Source: Eukaryota sp. GEM-RC1 (taxonomy: Eukaryota). Taken from it: a stretch of 64,000 bases of DNA. The notes beneath the pieces were generated by a model. That model was not told the DNA's origin. It was given only the letters and a program-made list of their open reading frames with translations, and ran no database searches. Location of the stretch: contig JAUFOQ010000004.1 in assembly GCA_040285855.1 (NCBI GenBank), positions 620,001 to 684,000 of the forward strand, written 5' to 3'. This document shows, one piece after another, positions 12,777 to 27,600 of this stretch. How positions within the stretch are numbered: the first letter of the stretch is position 1; each line of letters begins with the position of its first letter. The translations under genes and the position numbers were made by a program.

Positions 12777-14038
12777 TCACCTAGGCCTTATCGGTATATG
12801 TGGTCGCATCATTGTTGGCCTCCTCTCCCTAGATCGCTCTGGTGGAGTTTCTAAGAAGAATGGATGTTGTAGAGCTTGCGACGGCGGCGGCCGTAGCGAT
12901 GGATCAAACTGTAGTACTTGTTGAACAAAATCAAGGAATCTTGAATAGTCCGAAGCCAGCCCTTGGGGTTCATGGGCAGCTCTCCGAACATCTCGTAGAT
13001 TCCTCGACTTCCTTTCAAAGGGTGGTAGTCCTATAGCTTCTCTTAAGGATTTAGTGGCAGCTTTCTCAGATCCTTGTTTCAGTACCCATTTTCTAGATCC
13101 TTCTTCTGCTTCATTAAAGAACTTGTTCCTATGCGGGCTCTTCTCAATCATATAGTCTGGGGGATAACCTAGAGTTTCAACAATCTTAATCATCATGTCA
13201 ACTTCATCACTGCCATGGAATAACGGAATACCAGTGTTCAGCTCAACCAGTATACAAGCAAGAGACCACATGTCTATAGAAGGTCCGTAGGGCAGACCCA
13301 GCAGTACCTCAGGGGAACGGTAGAAGCGACTCTGTATGTAAGTGTAAAGGGTTTCGTCTATCCGACAAGAAGAACCAAAGTCAATTACCTTGACGTTAGC
13401 CTTGTCGTTAGCTGCTAGGAGGATGTTCTCTGGTTTAAGATCACAGTGGATGATTTGTAGTCTGGATAGATAGTCCAAAGAGACAAGTATTTGTTGAGCA
13501 AAGCGGCGGACTAGGCCTATGGAGAATCCATTGAACTCACCACGGCGGAGGAGGTCGTAAAGGTTGGCAGCAAGGAATTCAAAGACAATGCACAGGTGGT
13601 TCTTGTACTTGAAACAGCGCAGGTAACGAACGCAATTGAAGGAGTCATCGGGATCATTGTCCTTAAGCAGCTTTAGGATGTCCATTTCGATCTTAGCTTG
13701 AGCTAGAAAGGCAGAGCGGTTCTTAATAATCTTGATGGCACATACAGCATTGTTTTCCCTGGTGTCAATGGCTTTAACAACAACGCCAAAGGATCCTTGT
13801 CCTATTTTATCCTCAATTTCGTAGCGTTCATCAAAGACTTCGCCAATTGTGAAGATAAGATCTCCTTGTTCATTATCATGATCGGGCTTTTGTTTTCCTT
13901 TCTTAGCATAGTATGTGATATTAATTTGTTTGTAAGTTTTCAGCAGTTCTGTGGAAAGTGATAGGAGAGGACGGTTTCGGGTATTGGGTTGCTCGTTGGT
14001 AGAATAGGATTCTGGCCTGAAGTATCAGGCTCAGACAT
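12777..14038 (-). CDS. DYRK1-like dual-specificity protein kinase
   Basis: RPLLSLSTELLKTYKQINITYYAKK, IGQGSFGVV, VAIKIIKN, HCDLKPEN, DFGSSC, YTYIQSRFYRSPE. One indel near 13975 separates the ATG at 14038 from the main frame. Confidence 0.9.
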
Positions 14039-16190
14039 AATGGAACGATTGAAGTGAAGTATTTGGAAAGAGGGGTTGTCCAACTTAAGAGTTGAGGTCT
14101 GTAGGAAAATATGAAGATCCTGCTACGGAAGAGGCAGGAGCAGTGGCGGAAATTCGATTCCCCGCCAAAAAACCGTAAACGACGATCTGTCCGCTTTTTC
14201 ATGACGAAAATTCCAATTTGATTTCTGCGTGTCATCATAATTCATTTCGCACTTCAGAAACATGCCAAACCCTTGCGATCGCATTTCCAGTAACTACATA
14301 TACGTATATTCGTGAATAGGTTTGGTTGATCGGTATCACATTGCTACCGGTTGAATCGACCTATTTTCAGTGTTAGTCGTTGAAAGGTAGCCAGTGCAAT
14401 CATCAGATCATGACTCTTTTCGTCAATTGCTGTACAATAACATAGAATGTTATAGGTGCCCCTATAACATCCTACGTACGCCTCAACTCTTCGTCTTGAT
14501 TTCTAGCGTGTCTTCCTCTAATCTCTCCCAAAAGGAGTGTTAGCTATGTTATCTTCTGATCCCAATCGCTTGTATTTCAATTGTGCAATTGTCAGTTCAG
14601 ATGTTCAAACAATGGTTTCAAGTTCCCATTGTAGTTCAAAGACTAAACTACCCTGGTGATTTTCATTTCCACCCGGGTTACCACTGGGTGTCACCCTGGG
14701 TTACATTTGGTCTGAGACTGATCAATTTTTGGTCCCTGCTTCATTCTTTAATGATGATATTGGTTAAATATTAGACTAATATGAAGTTGTGATGAAGCAA
14801 TCACCTGCACCTTTTCTACATTCTTTGTTCCTTGCTTTTGCTCTTTTTGGCTCTCGTTTGGTCCCAAAGCCATGCAATTGCTACAAGATTGTGACAATGT
14901 GGTGCAACAGTGTTACAACAAGGTTTTCAACCAAAGTCATTAGATTGTGTTTTTCAAGTCCATTCACTCAGATGCTGAAAAGAAGTCTGATTTCTATTGG
15001 CGACTGTTTTGGAGAGAACATTTCAACCTTCCTGTTTTTTTTTCCGGAAAAGTGATTTTGACGATAGTACTTTTTGAAAGAGTAGTTTTGTGTTTGTTGT
15101 ATTTTCATTATGGTAAGATCGTTTAATTATATAGACAAATTTTATTGAGAAATTTGTATATCTCTTGTGGAAATTGAATCTTTATTTGTTATTGTGCACA
15201 GAAGTCGGTGCTCCTAATCAAGATTCTGCATGTTGGTTGTAAAGTCTCACCTAGACTTTTCAAGACTGTGATTCAGCAACATGGACGATCTCCAACATTT
15301 CTTTGTGTTTAACCTCGATTGTTTTAAAATCTTGTATGTTGTGAATATAGCCACAATATGCTTATCAAATTGATGCTCACAATGAACTTTACATATCACA
15401 TCTAACACAATTACTACGGTGTATTAAGGAGTAAACATAGAAAAACTGACAAATAATTAATATAGAAAATGAAAATTGTTAATGTAACCACGACACGTGA
15501 CCTTTCATAAAATAAATTGTCTCCAACTCACTTTTCAACTTATTTGGAAAACATTTTTGTTTTGAGAAATTCATATTCTGTTTGTTATATTTACTAAAGA
15601 CTTTTCAAACACTGACTTGTTGTTTAAAACGTTCTCAAACCATTGTATAGATGAAAAGAACAACATCAAATCAACACGTATTTATCTGCGTAAACGATTT
15701 CAATTCTTTTCATTTGAACAAATGTTTGTTGGGTGGTTACTTCAAACCATCAATCATCTATTAATCAATCATCATTTCGACTGGGTTGTTAGATGACTGC
15801 CTTGAATCAATTATTGAAACAAACAAATTGCGGTTTGGTTTACTTTATGTTGGTTTCTTTTTAATAAGGCTGATAGACAATGAGGACAAAAATAGATACC
15901 CAAAAATAGAATTGGTCTTATTGTTTTAACAAATATATCTGATTTAAATTCATTTTTGAAAAGTCAGGTTGAGACACAGATATAGTTGGCGCATTTATTG
16001 TATTGTTCTAAAAGAAGCAGAAGGTATTACAATTGATTGAACAAATCTGTACATTGTATTCTTTTAGAAATTACTTGTGTAAGTGCTGGTTCCAGCCCAA
16101 AATACTAAGACTAGACATCATATTTTTGTTGTAAAATACAGAGATCAATCTGTACGTTTGAATTGAAAGTTCGTCTATTAAACATATAAA

Positions 16191-16918
16191 CAGTGTTATA
16201 CCATAACCGAATTTTCAAATGCCATGCGCCGATGGCCTATGGGTCATGGCTTTCGGACGCATGGCGAGAAAATACGCATGGCGCATTGGCAATATTTTCG
16301 ATATCCAACCAAGTCAGTAGATATTACGTAAATGAACACACATCGATATATCCCGGTATGTATTATTGGTTTGTAATTGCAATTCTGTTCTCATACAATT
16401 CATTTCACAATCAATTTGAATCGAGTTCTGATTTTCATAGTTCTCTTACTCCCGTTACATAGAGGAAATCAAATGGTACAGCAGCTTGTGTAGTCAAGAA
16501 GCTGGCCATTAAGTAAGTCTCACAAGTATGTTCAGCAGGAGCATGTGAAAGGGTTCGGAGTTCCTATTCTTTAATTCACTCAAACAGAAGGCACCGGCTC
16601 ACAACCAAAAGAGCTAGGAATTTAGTGTATGTGCACTTTACTTCCAAATTCCAGAAACAAGCTGGTCTTAAGAAACAAAGATGGACAGAACACAGCATGG
16701 ACAGCGATTCTGACTATTAGAGCTCTTTATAAAGGTTTAATAAACAACATTCTTTAAGTATACGTATCATAGAACTACTGTACATGCTCATGTAGTACAG
16801 TGTCATTGTTGGAATAACAACACGTGTTAACACGCCATAACAACGCTAATCAGAAAATGCCATGCGCCTATGGACGAATGGCACGCATGGCAGTTATGGC
16901 CGTCATGGAACAACACTA
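16191..16918 (+). mobile_element. Non-autonomous hAT element with a transposase C-terminal relic
   Basis: Imperfect TIR cagtgttatacca / tggaacaacacta, degenerate 8-bp TSD catataaa/catacaat, internal KKLAIK*VSQVCSAGACER..SSYSLIHSNRRHRLT...NLVYVHF. Confidence 0.75.
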
Positions 16919-19028
16919 CATACAATGGACAATAAGACAAGGCGACACCTTCAAAATACGTATAAAACGGTTGTTATAAATTGACTATCCCCGTAAATTG
17001 TGTTCTGAATGTTTTGTAATTGGGGATGGGACATAATGGTACAGATAATAGCTCACCAATAAATGAATTGATAATGCAATATACTGTACATGGATTTTAA
17101 AGGTAATAAACATAAATTTAAGAAACCACTAGTACGTAAGATATATCAAATGCAAAATGTATCTAGATTTTATAAGAACCCAATGCAACAAAAAGTCTCC
17201 GTCAACGATTTCATTTTCTTCATACCAGTAGGATTGGCAAGCATTTCTAATAGTTTTCACATTCCATCGAGTTCTATTGTAGTAGAGCCATAACTATCGC
17301 TGAAACTTGCTGATGATAGACAAAGATAGATATTGGTCCATATATAGAGGAAATAGTGATTCCAAGGCTGTCGACGATGGACTACAGTGTAAAAAAAGAG
17401 ACATGTAAGGAAAGATAGTGTAAATTTGTTGTTTTATTAGACGTAGTATCTAAAACACTGAAAGTCGACATTTAGACACTGGCTAATTTTTTGAAGAGAT
17501 CTGCAAACATAAATAACGCTCACACCGATCAACAGTGTCACAACAACTAACCTTCTTAATACCTGTTTTCTAAAAAAAAATTCAGTCGTAAATCAAGAAA
17601 TAGAAGTTATAAATGACATTGCTTACTATGGTTCGTTGTTAGCCAGACTGCTTGCTTTATCAATATCCTCATTTTTCGAAACAACAACAGTTTTGGTGTC
17701 AGTGTTTTGAATTTACTACTAATCCGAATCCAACAGCAAGTCGTAACTTCAAAAGAGGTGAACCTTCATTCTATATTTTCTCCCGTTAAATGACTGAAAC
17801 AAAAGAAACAAAGAACCTTTAATTCTCCATGTGATCAGTAACCTGTACAAAACTTGAGTTTATTGCTCTTATTCCAAAATTGGTCAGTTTTTCACAACTC
17901 ATTTCAATTGTTAATGTGTTTGCCACTTTCTACTATGGTTATAGATCTGAAATTCTAGAGGAGAAGAGGCTTTGGCTGTTGGTGTCCTTTGGTGGCACTT
18001 ATGGTATGTATCATGTTTAAATGCATACGTCAGCATTTACTAATTGATATGCCGAAGTCCGGTCATCATTTCTAGTAGTGTAGATTATCATAGCATGAGA
18101 ATCATAGTTAATAAATCACTTTAATTTCACATCTTGTATGTCCACACCTAACTTTAAGCATCAATACGTATTGGCTACCGAAGCCCGCGTAGACTCTCTA
18201 ACTTCAGATTCGAACACTCTCCCCAGCTAAAACATGCTGAAGACCTCCTGGGAAGGACATCTGTTCTAAGAAGGAAGGTCACTCAATGAGGACAAACAGG
18301 ATGAGAATCCCTTGTCACTCCTAACGACAACAGTGTTCCTCTTGCCTCGTGGTCAGAAGGATCCACTGTCAATGAAACTTTAAGTAACACTATTTTAGTA
18401 TTAAAAATGAATAAGTGTAATTAATCTATGTAGTATAAACTATTTGAATTGATACTAATTAGTATAACAAAACGTTTGACAAACGTGGGAGATAAGTTAG
18501 ATTGTTACAGTTAGTTTTCAATCTTACATTGTTTGAGTTGTTTGTTGTATCTGTTTTAGTGTAATTTCGTTAAAACAGTACTTTAAAAGACATCTATTAT
18601 CTACTACAATAACTTGAATATGATCATTATTGATAACCTAACACGAACAGTTACAGTAAGTTGTGGTTGCTTCGATCAATCAAAGTGGATTAAAAATTAA
18701 GAAATTATTAAAAAGAAATCCATCTTTAAAAAAAACAAAGAACAATCCCTTTTTATATATACAATTCTAGTCAATGTAAATCCGGTCAGACATTTTCTGA
18801 ATTAGTAGTTGTGGATCATTTGTTGCAAATAAACCAGTAAATTGAATCAATATTTGTTATAGCTGACAGCAAAAGCCACAGCAGAAGAATTCAGTGGTTT
18901 CCACCAAAGAAAGTATATATAACATATTGTTCGAGTACAATGTTTAAAGAGAAACAGAAATTTCAATTATTAGGTCTATTGTTCGCAATTCAAACCACCT
19001 CAGTACACAGAATTTATAAACCAAAACT

Positions 19029-20774
19029 CTATGTAATAACAGTAGCCTTGTCTCTTCCAGTAAACTCCTTCATCTTACAAATATCTAGACCCCAAGAAAC
19101 AAACTCAGAAAGCAATTCCGATACATCTCCATCAAATAGACTGGAATCCTCAACGTTCCGTTCCAAATACATCCTAATTGTAGCTCCGGATGAACCAGTT
19201 CCAGATAAACGATAGACCACACGAGAACCATCAGCAAACAAGAAGAATAAACCTTGATTGTGAACAGTTGAACCATCAATAGGATCGGTATAGCTCCAAT
19301 CCCCCGCTTTTTGGAGGTGTAAGTTAAGAGGAGGGGCAATTGGAAGTCCTGAGCTAGGAAAAGAACTACAAACTTCCCTTAAGTGAGTAAAGACATTGTT
19401 GGCGTCAGAAGAAGAAACTTCTTCAAAGTCATAACGTTGAAAAACTCTTCGCTTACCAACTAAACCCCACATCTCCTTGCAAAGATCATATGGCAAAACC
19501 TTTCTTTTCTGCTCCATCGTCTTCTTACAACAAATGGTGACGATGGCGAGTACAGCCCAGATTCCGTCTTTTTCTCTAATATGGGATGAACTAGTACCAA
19601 AAGACTCTTCACCACAGATCTGAGCATAATCCTCGTCTAATAGGGGAACCAAAGTACTTCCACCCAGTGGGAGTACAGTAAGACTCTAATCCCCAGGTAC
19701 TCCGCCACGTCATCAAGTGCTGCACTAGTGGGCATAGACCTAGCTACACCAGTGAGTTTATGTTTCGAAAACTGAGGAAGACAGTCATGGAACAAGGCAA
19801 TTAGAGCAACTGAATCACAAGGAGAAATGAACTTTCCCTTGCTGAGAATCATGTTTCTATCAGCATCTCCATCAGCAGCAGCTCCAATGTCATAACTCTC
19901 ATCAACTAAAACCCTCTTAACTAAATCCTTTGCCCAGACTAGGTTAGGATCGGGATGTCCTCCTCCAAAGTCTGGGAGAGGAGTGGTGTTGAGGAGACTT
20001 TCTTTGGATATTCCCAGTTCAGAGAAGATTCTGTCAGCGTAAGGACCAGCTATTCCGTACATTGCGTCGAAACAAATAGAAATGTTGTAATCAGCAATGA
20101 CTGTTTTAAGGAAATCAAAATCATAGAGCTCTCTCATTAACTCCACATAGTCATCAACGCCATCAAAAACAGTGACTCTGAGGGGAGCGCCATCGATGGA
20201 ATAGTCCTGAGAGGAGAGAGTTGAAGGATCGATGATGAGGTCTTCAACAATCCTGTATTCCTCGACCTGTTTAGAGTAGTTGGAGATGGACTCAGTGACA
20301 GAAAGAGGAGCAGGACCACCATTCTCGGTATTCCACTTGATGCCAAGATCTTCAGTTGGACCCCCTGGATTGTGTGAAGCAGTTAAAAGGAGGCCTCCGA
20401 ACAGTTTGTGGGTTCGGATGAAGGCAGAGCAAGCGGGGGTGGAGAGGTAGCCGTTTTTAGCGACATAAATAGTAGGAGTTGAGATCTGATCAGAAGCTGT
20501 GAGATTAGCAGCAGCTATCTTGACAGCTAGTTGAAGAACATGGTCAGCGTAATAGCGACCGTCTCCTCTGGAATTAGAAATGTGGAAAACCAAACCCAAT
20601 GACGATACTCGATCCAGTAGTACGTGCTTGTAATGCAGAGCAGGAAAAGATGGCTTGGATAAAGTTCTCGCAGTAGTTTGGTTGTTTGAAAATAGAAACC
20701 TTCTTCCTCAGACCAGATGTTCCGGGTTTCTGGTCAGAGAAAGAAGTAGTAGGTTTAGTAACAATAGAGAGCAT
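19029..20774 (-). CDS. PGM: Phosphoglucomutase
   Basis: DQKPGTSGLRKKV; IGGDGRY across a 28-nt intron (20568-20595); TASHNPGG, DGDADRN, GEESFGT, RLSGTGS, terminal TVIT*. Two indels at ~19645-19690. Confidence 0.95.
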
Positions 20775-21091
20775 GAGGAGTAACGATAAGGCTTAAAGGG
20801 GTACCAAAAAGAAAGTCTAGGTCAACTTGTCAATCAATCAACACGACATTCTTGGACAAATAACCACACAACAACTCTACGTCAACAACACCACTGTGTC
20901 ACTCAACAGCGTTTTACACAGGTAAAAACTGAGAGCTGGGGCTTCTGGGATCTTCAACCCAAACTACTGATTTGATGCTTAAGGTTAAATGATGATGATG
21001 GTTTTGACTAGCACAATAGTAGACCCTACAATGTGTACAATAATAACTTTTAGATACAAATACTAAACACTACAATAAACAATTAAAACAG

Positions 21092-22402
21092 TCAACGCAA
21101 AGGACCATCCCAAATAGCATCTAGGAACAGATCAATTAAGCTACTGGTGGATGTTCCAATCGCAATGGACAGTGAAACGAGATTAATAGCGTACTCCCGA
21201 TCCTTTTGATGAACCTTCTTACTAGACATTAACAAGTGGAAAGTGTTGATGTAGGAGCAACCACCTAGGAGACCTGTCCAAAGAGCCAGACCAAGCAATC
21301 CATAAACATTGATAAATCGAAGATAATCTTGAGCCAAGTACAGGCAAAGTTGATGAATTGAAACATTGTTACTGTTCCAATATAAGGAATCTGTACAACG
21401 GAGAGAGAACTTCGTGAGATCAACACGGTTATCTGGTAACATAACTGCACAGCTTCATAAAAGTTAGCCACCAAATACTCACTTGCGTCCTTAGTAGTAA
21501 GAGCATTCTTAGCTAGAGTTGTAATGATGGTGTACTCCAGGACATAGACCATACTTAAGTTAAAAGCCTCGTATTTGATCAGCTTTAGCACCCTCCAAAG
21601 GCGAGCAAAGCCTCCATCTAATACCTCAGCCTTGTCTGCTTCTACTTTGTCTAACAGCGCAGTGGTATCATCAACTGAAACATTCAGAGGGAGATTATCC
21701 TTGAGACTATCTAAAAGTTTGGTCTGATTGACGACTTTTCTTTTGGGATTTGAATCACCCAAAAGATACGTCTGTTTACAATAAATAAACCCTTCCTTAA
21801 TGTAAGGTAATGGGGGAGAAATAAGAACAAAAAGGAGAACAAATAGACTAGGACAAATGGTAAAAGTCCAGCAAATACTGAAGAATTGGGAATCTTGTAG
21901 AAACTGCAAATAAGATAGAAAGAAGCTCCAAAGACTCCAGAAAGACCAGTACCACTTCCCCACGCAGAAACTAGCTTATAGTCCGAAGGAAATTGTTTAA
22001 GGAAACAGAGGATGACTGACTCGCCAAGTGCTGAACTAATACCAACGAGGATAACACAGCCAAGCATGAACCAAAAGTTGAAATGTTCAACATAAAACAT
22101 ACCGATCAAGCCGAGAGTCATGGAAGTAGCATTTGTTATGATTCTAGATGTGTAGGACAGTGAATCAAGACACCAAGTATTGATAATTCTGACAAGAATA
22201 CCGATAGAAACATTACACATGATAATGGCGCCCAGAAGATTATCTTTTCAAAGGACTCAGCAAGAGACTTGGCAGCAGAAATGACAACACAGTACTGAAG
22301 TTAACACGCAACATGGACGCATACAGGCAAATTGTTGATCATACCGACCAAAAGAAGCCCAATCCATGTTCGTTTATATGGAAAGGTGTTTGGATATCCC
22401 AT
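21092..22402 (-). CDS. CLN3: CLN3/Battenin (Btn1) family transporter, copy 1
   Basis: GMINNLP|YCVVISAA across a 30-nt intron, SSALGES, AWGSGTGLSG, LCYQITVLISRSS, GLLGGCSYINTF. Several indels. Confidence 0.85.
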
Positions 22403-22974
22403 TGGAGTAGATGAGAAGTTTGGGGTAAGGTTGAGTTGAAGAGAAGTCCTTGGAGCTCTGGCTCTTAAGTTCATAAATTCAAACTCGATTTGTTGATGAT
22501 CATCAAACTTTATTCAGTGAATAAGGTAACCATCCGCCTATACAATGAAATTGCAAAAACAAACAAACAATACTAAGACTAAATCAAATCGGCTTCATCA
22601 CCAGAATTTGTTGATGATGATCTTGTTTGGTATGATATTATAAACGGTGTTCTTCCTGTACACAACTACTGTAGTAATATTATCTGACAATAACTTCACA
22701 ACCCATCGACAGATTGTCTAATCGATGTTCATGTATCTATTTCTCTTAAGGTGCAATTAAGGATAATTTGTATTCAACGGCTCGTAATTAAGGTTGGACT
22801 GAGTTACTGACTGATATTATCGAAATAAATAAAGAAAGAACAACCAATAAAGATGAGCACAGAAGGTCTGCGTTGCTTAAGTACTCACTTCCAATAAGAA
22901 GCTGTGGATGAAAACCTCAAAAAGTAAGTATAAAATACATCTCAAAAGCAACATACAAGTAGGTAAATACATAC

Positions 22975-23937
22975 ACCTCTTGGACTGGACATAAACCGAA
23001 TTTGGACATAAACCGGGGGTTGCTTCGGTGCAGAGTGAACAGTTATATATGGGTCTTTATTGTTATGTGAAATAAAAGCTAAAATGAGGGCCATTCTACT
23101 GATGATACTGGTGGGTTCCCGTTCTCCGTGAGACGGGATAGAAAGGTGTTCAAAGATAAGGCAGTGACACATTGACAAATTTGATATCATTCTTGATGTT
23201 ATAGTAAACAAAGAAGGTAGCTATGAAGAACACAAGACAGCAAGTACATCTGAGATAACTGAAGGAGCATCACCACAAAAAACAGATGGCTTGGTGGAGA
23301 CAAAATCTCCTCACAAAGGAAGAACCTGAAAGCGGAAATCAGATGAGAACGTTGTGTAGAAAGCTGTTGAAGGAATGAAAACGGAGATAGACCAGCAAAA
23401 TCCATCAAAGGTGAGGGAGGATCATGTGGTTGCCTTCAAAACGAAGGATATTCTAACCCCTGAGAGGATATATGGGCTCATTTAATGTTCTTGGTGCCTT
23501 CCTCCTCCAGCAAAACGTCTCTACTAAAGACGTAGTTCGGTCACGACAGAAAATATTCCCTTTGAGACCAAATTGTGTCCGCATCCAACCCTACCCTTAT
23601 ATATATATATCAAAACAGAGGACGAGAACAGAAGAAGAAAGGAAGTGGGACAATTGTGGTGTGATCTGGTGTAAAGTGTGTCTAAATAACACAGAAGATT
23701 CTTTGTACATAATCTTCTGGAGGAAAGTGTGTGTAGAGCAGAAAGGTTGGAGTTGGGCTCCAAATGTGAAGTCAAAGACTATAGAATGTAAGCGTGTTTA
23801 TTGCATATGTCGATGGAAATGAGATCGGTCGATGAACGATCAACGGAGAGAAGAAGATCGATCGACAAAAGTCGGGCAGGAAAAATTTGGACATTAACCG
23901 AGTTTGGTCATAAACATAAACCGGGTGGAAGTCTGTA
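22975..23937. repeat. Probable degenerate non-autonomous element between the CLN3 copies
   Basis: The paired motif ggacat(a/t)aaccga.tttgg.cataaa..ccggg occurs at both ends (~22985-23020 and ~23888-23930). Confidence 0.35.
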
Positions 23938-23969
23938 AATACTAAACACTACAATAAATAATTAAACAG

Positions 23970-25282
23970 TCAACGCAGAGGACCAACCCAAATAGCATCT
24001 AGAAACAGATCAATTAAACTACTAGAAGAAATTCCAATAGGAATGGACAAGAGCACAAGATTAATAGCGTACTCCCGATCCTTTTGATGAACCTTCTTAC
24101 TAGACATTAACAAGTGGAAAGTGTTAACATAAGAACAGCCACCTAGGAGACCTGTCCAAAGAGCCAGTCCAAGCAATCCATAAACATTGATGAATCGAAG
24201 ATAATCTTGAGCCAAATACAAGCAAAGTTGATGAATTGAAACAGTGTTACTGTTCCAATGTAAGGAATCTGTACAACGGAGAGAGAACTACGTGAGATCA
24301 ACACAGTTATCTGGTAACACCATTGTACAGCTTCATAGAAGTTAGCCACTAAATACTCAGGTGCGTCTTTAGATGTCACAGCATTTTTAGCTAGAGTTGT
24401 AATGATGGTGTACTCTAAACAATACACCATTCCCAGATTAAACACTTCATATTTGATCAGCTTCAGCACCCTCCAAAGGCGAGCAAATCCTCCATCTAAT
24501 ACTTCAGCCTTGTCTGCTTCTACTTTGTCTAACAATGCAGTGGTATCATCAACTGAAACATTCAGAGGGAGATTATCCTTGAGATTATCTAAAAGTTTGG
24601 TCTGATTAATTACCTTCCTTTTGGGATTGGAATCACCCAAAAGAAAAGTCTGTTTACAATATAAGAACCCTTCCTTAATGTAAGGTAATGGGGGAGAAAT
24701 AAGAACAAAAAAGGAAAACAAATAAACTAGGACAAATGGTAAAAGTAGAACAAAAACTACCGGATCAGAAATCTTGTAGAACCTGCAAACAAGATAAAAA
24801 GAAGCTGCAAAGATTCCTGAAAGACCAGTACCAGTTCCCCACGCAGAAACTAGCTTGTACTCGGGAGGAAATTGTTTGAGAAAACAGAGAACAATCGGTT
24901 CCCCTAGTGCTGAACTAACACCAAGCAGAACAACACAGCCGAGCATGAACATAAAGTTGAAATGTTCAACATAGAACATTCCGAATGAGCCCAAAACCAT
25001 TGAAATAGCATTCACAATGGTTCTTGAGGTATATGATAGTGAATCAAGACACCATGTATTGATAGTTCTAACAAAGATTCCAACAGCCACGTTACACATA
25101 AGGATAGCACCAAGTAGATTATCTTTATCAAAGGATTCAGCAAGAGATTTGGCAGCAGAAACTAAAACACATGACTTTAGTTAACCTAGAACATGTACGC
25201 ATACAGGCAAATTGGTCATCATACCGACCAGAAGAAGCCCGATCCATGTGCGTTTATATGGAAAAGTGTTCGGGTAAGCCAT
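23970..25282 (-). CDS. CLN3: CLN3/Battenin family transporter, copy 2 (tandem paralog)
   Basis: Same motifs, intron position and 3' flank as copy 1. ATG at 25282. Confidence 0.85.
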
Positions 25283-25374
25283 TTGAGTAGATGAGAAGTG
25301 TGGGGTAGTACTAATGGTGATTTGGAACAAGAATGTATAATTTGTTAATGTAGAAAACAGAAATGTTTAATCTA

Positions 25375-26035
25375 GGGTTTGTTGTTGAATGATCATCAAT
25401 GGACTACAACATTCAGACTTCGATGTTTCTTGTGGCCCTTTAATTTACGTAATGATCTTCAATGTAAATGTGGTGAATTAGTTACTTTTTCTCACCTTGT
25501 GAGTTGCAATCGTTTCATTACTTATAGAACTTGCATTCATGATCTGTCACAGATCAAATTCATGACATGTGTAACTCCTACAAAATTGAATCTTTCGTTG
25601 AGCCATTGAAAAAAGTGCATTCAAGGATGTTAAAAGTGAAGTTTCTCCACTACATTTTTCAGAACAATACAAGTGAAACAAATATGATGTACCAGTGACC
25701 GCTCTGAAACACACTAGAAATGTTGAGTACAAATTATGTCCTTTTGCAATTTCAATTTATGGTCGCCTCGGTAAAGATGCTCTCTGTTTTCTCTCTGATT
25801 TTGAGAAAGTTGTCAAAAAAATGAACAACAAATTTGATTTAAAGTTTTGGTTGAATCGTACTATTTTTACAATATTTAAAACAATTCCTATCATGATTTC
25901 TAAAGCTCTAAAGCTCTATTAACTCTCAGTGTTTTTGATGAAGAAAATGATGTTGTGAGTTTTAATGGCAATGATTGTTGCTTTAATGATATTGAATTCT
26001 AGTATTTGTGTATATCTTTGTGTTTTTGTTCCATA
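25375..26035 (+). mobile_element. 5'-truncated, degenerate RLE-type non-LTR retrotransposon
   Basis: LQCKCGE...HLVSC...RTCIHD zinc knuckle and LCPFAISIYGRLGKDA. Homologous to 61520-62330. Confidence 0.7.
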
Positions 26036-27248
26036 AACAGAATTTGATCTCATAATACATGTACATGGTACTGCAAGTACAGACAACCCTCTGAATAGTG
26101 ATTGATGTAGGAATGTCACTATATTGAGGTTAGACTGTATTAGTATAACAATTTTTTATAGATGGGAGCCGGCTCAAAATTTGCTCACGGCTCAGCCACA
26201 GGCATTAGCCAACCGGCTGTGGCTTACAACACATTTTAGCCAGCTCTAGCCAGCTCATAATCATCGAGTTTTGTTTCGAGTATTTAGGCTAACTGCTTAA
26301 AAGTGTTATTGACTTGTTGGTTGATATATCAGTAAAATGATACAGAACCATTGTTAATGACAACTACACCGAGTATCAGAACGACACAACACTGATACTG
26401 TTGATCAGTACATTCCAGTTTTCACAGATTTTACATGTGACTCATTTTTGTGATTATCACATATAAACTTGACGGTTAGTTAATGCTTGAATCTGTGACA
26501 CAATCGTAACACCACTATGGAATTGGCTGTCTGCCTAGTATAAGAAAACAGTAGTACTATTGAGAAGGAACTTAATTAGTTCTAAAGAAACCAAGCCATT
26601 GGCAAAGACGTATTTTAAAAACAAGCACAGCATGTTTTTTATAATTTCTAATCCTTTTGGTATTCTGGATTGTCACCAAAAGCACGAATGCATACTCTAC
26701 TTTTGTCTTAATTTTACAGGTGTTATATCATGTAGGTGTTTTCTAACCAATTAAGACTGAAACAAGAGTAATTGTTGGTAACAAAAAGAAAATTTTATGT
26801 TATTTAGTGATGTATCTGAGGGAAATGTAATTCCCGTATATATCTAATCATTGTCTTTGTTATATACACTATTTTGTCTTCCCACCCTGTATCTGTGATT
26901 GCCGCTAGATGAGCAGTCTTTTTCATCTACATTTTGGTCTCCTTCCAATCTCGAGAGAAAATGGCTGTAATGATCGAACTTTGAAAGATCTGGTTGTTGA
27001 AAACGACTTGAGACTAAAGTTAAACGTTAAAAAAAGTCGAACTGATCTTAATGAATGTTGTTTATTTAATTCGATATAATCTTACAAAACGATAATGATC
27101 GACCTCGTCTATTGTTGGAAACGAATTATACAAGCCTACTAGTAGAAGAATGTGATATCCAACATGTGTTGAGCTTCAGAAAAACACCACCCAACACGTG
27201 TTGAGGTGACTTCAAAGACAGAAAAAGAAGATCAATCCATTTGCTTTA

Positions 27249-27600
27249 ATGTCTCTCCCTGAAAATCTGTTTGGTTGTTTCCAAAGATTTCAATATCGCT
27301 GTTACTGGATGTTTCTGTCCTTGCTATCTTGTTGCCAAGAACCAAGCTGAAAGTGATAATCGTATTTGTACTGTGTTCGATTGTCTCTGTGGTCTTCCAG
27401 CAGTTGAATATTCCTTACGTCAACGTCTCCGCTCTGAATTTGGTGCAGGCTATAGTCAATGTGGAGATTGCCTCTCTCTAGCTGTTTGTCCTACATGTTA
27501 TATCTGCCAAAACGCCCGTCTAATCAAGCATAAGAAGCTCCTCTATGGAAGAAACTATAGTTCTTATGTTCCGACCATGGATGTAAAAAAGAATATTTAA
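27249..27600 (+). CDS. PLAC8-family cysteine-rich protein, copy 1
   Basis: MSLPENLFGCF..DFN..VTGCFCPCYL...RQRLRSEFG...GDCL...CPTCYICQNAR. One extra base near 27282. Confidence 0.85.

Noticed and set aside
17090..18400. Possible transporter pseudogene fragments
   Set aside because: Only scattered hydrophobic stretches; no family signature I can support.
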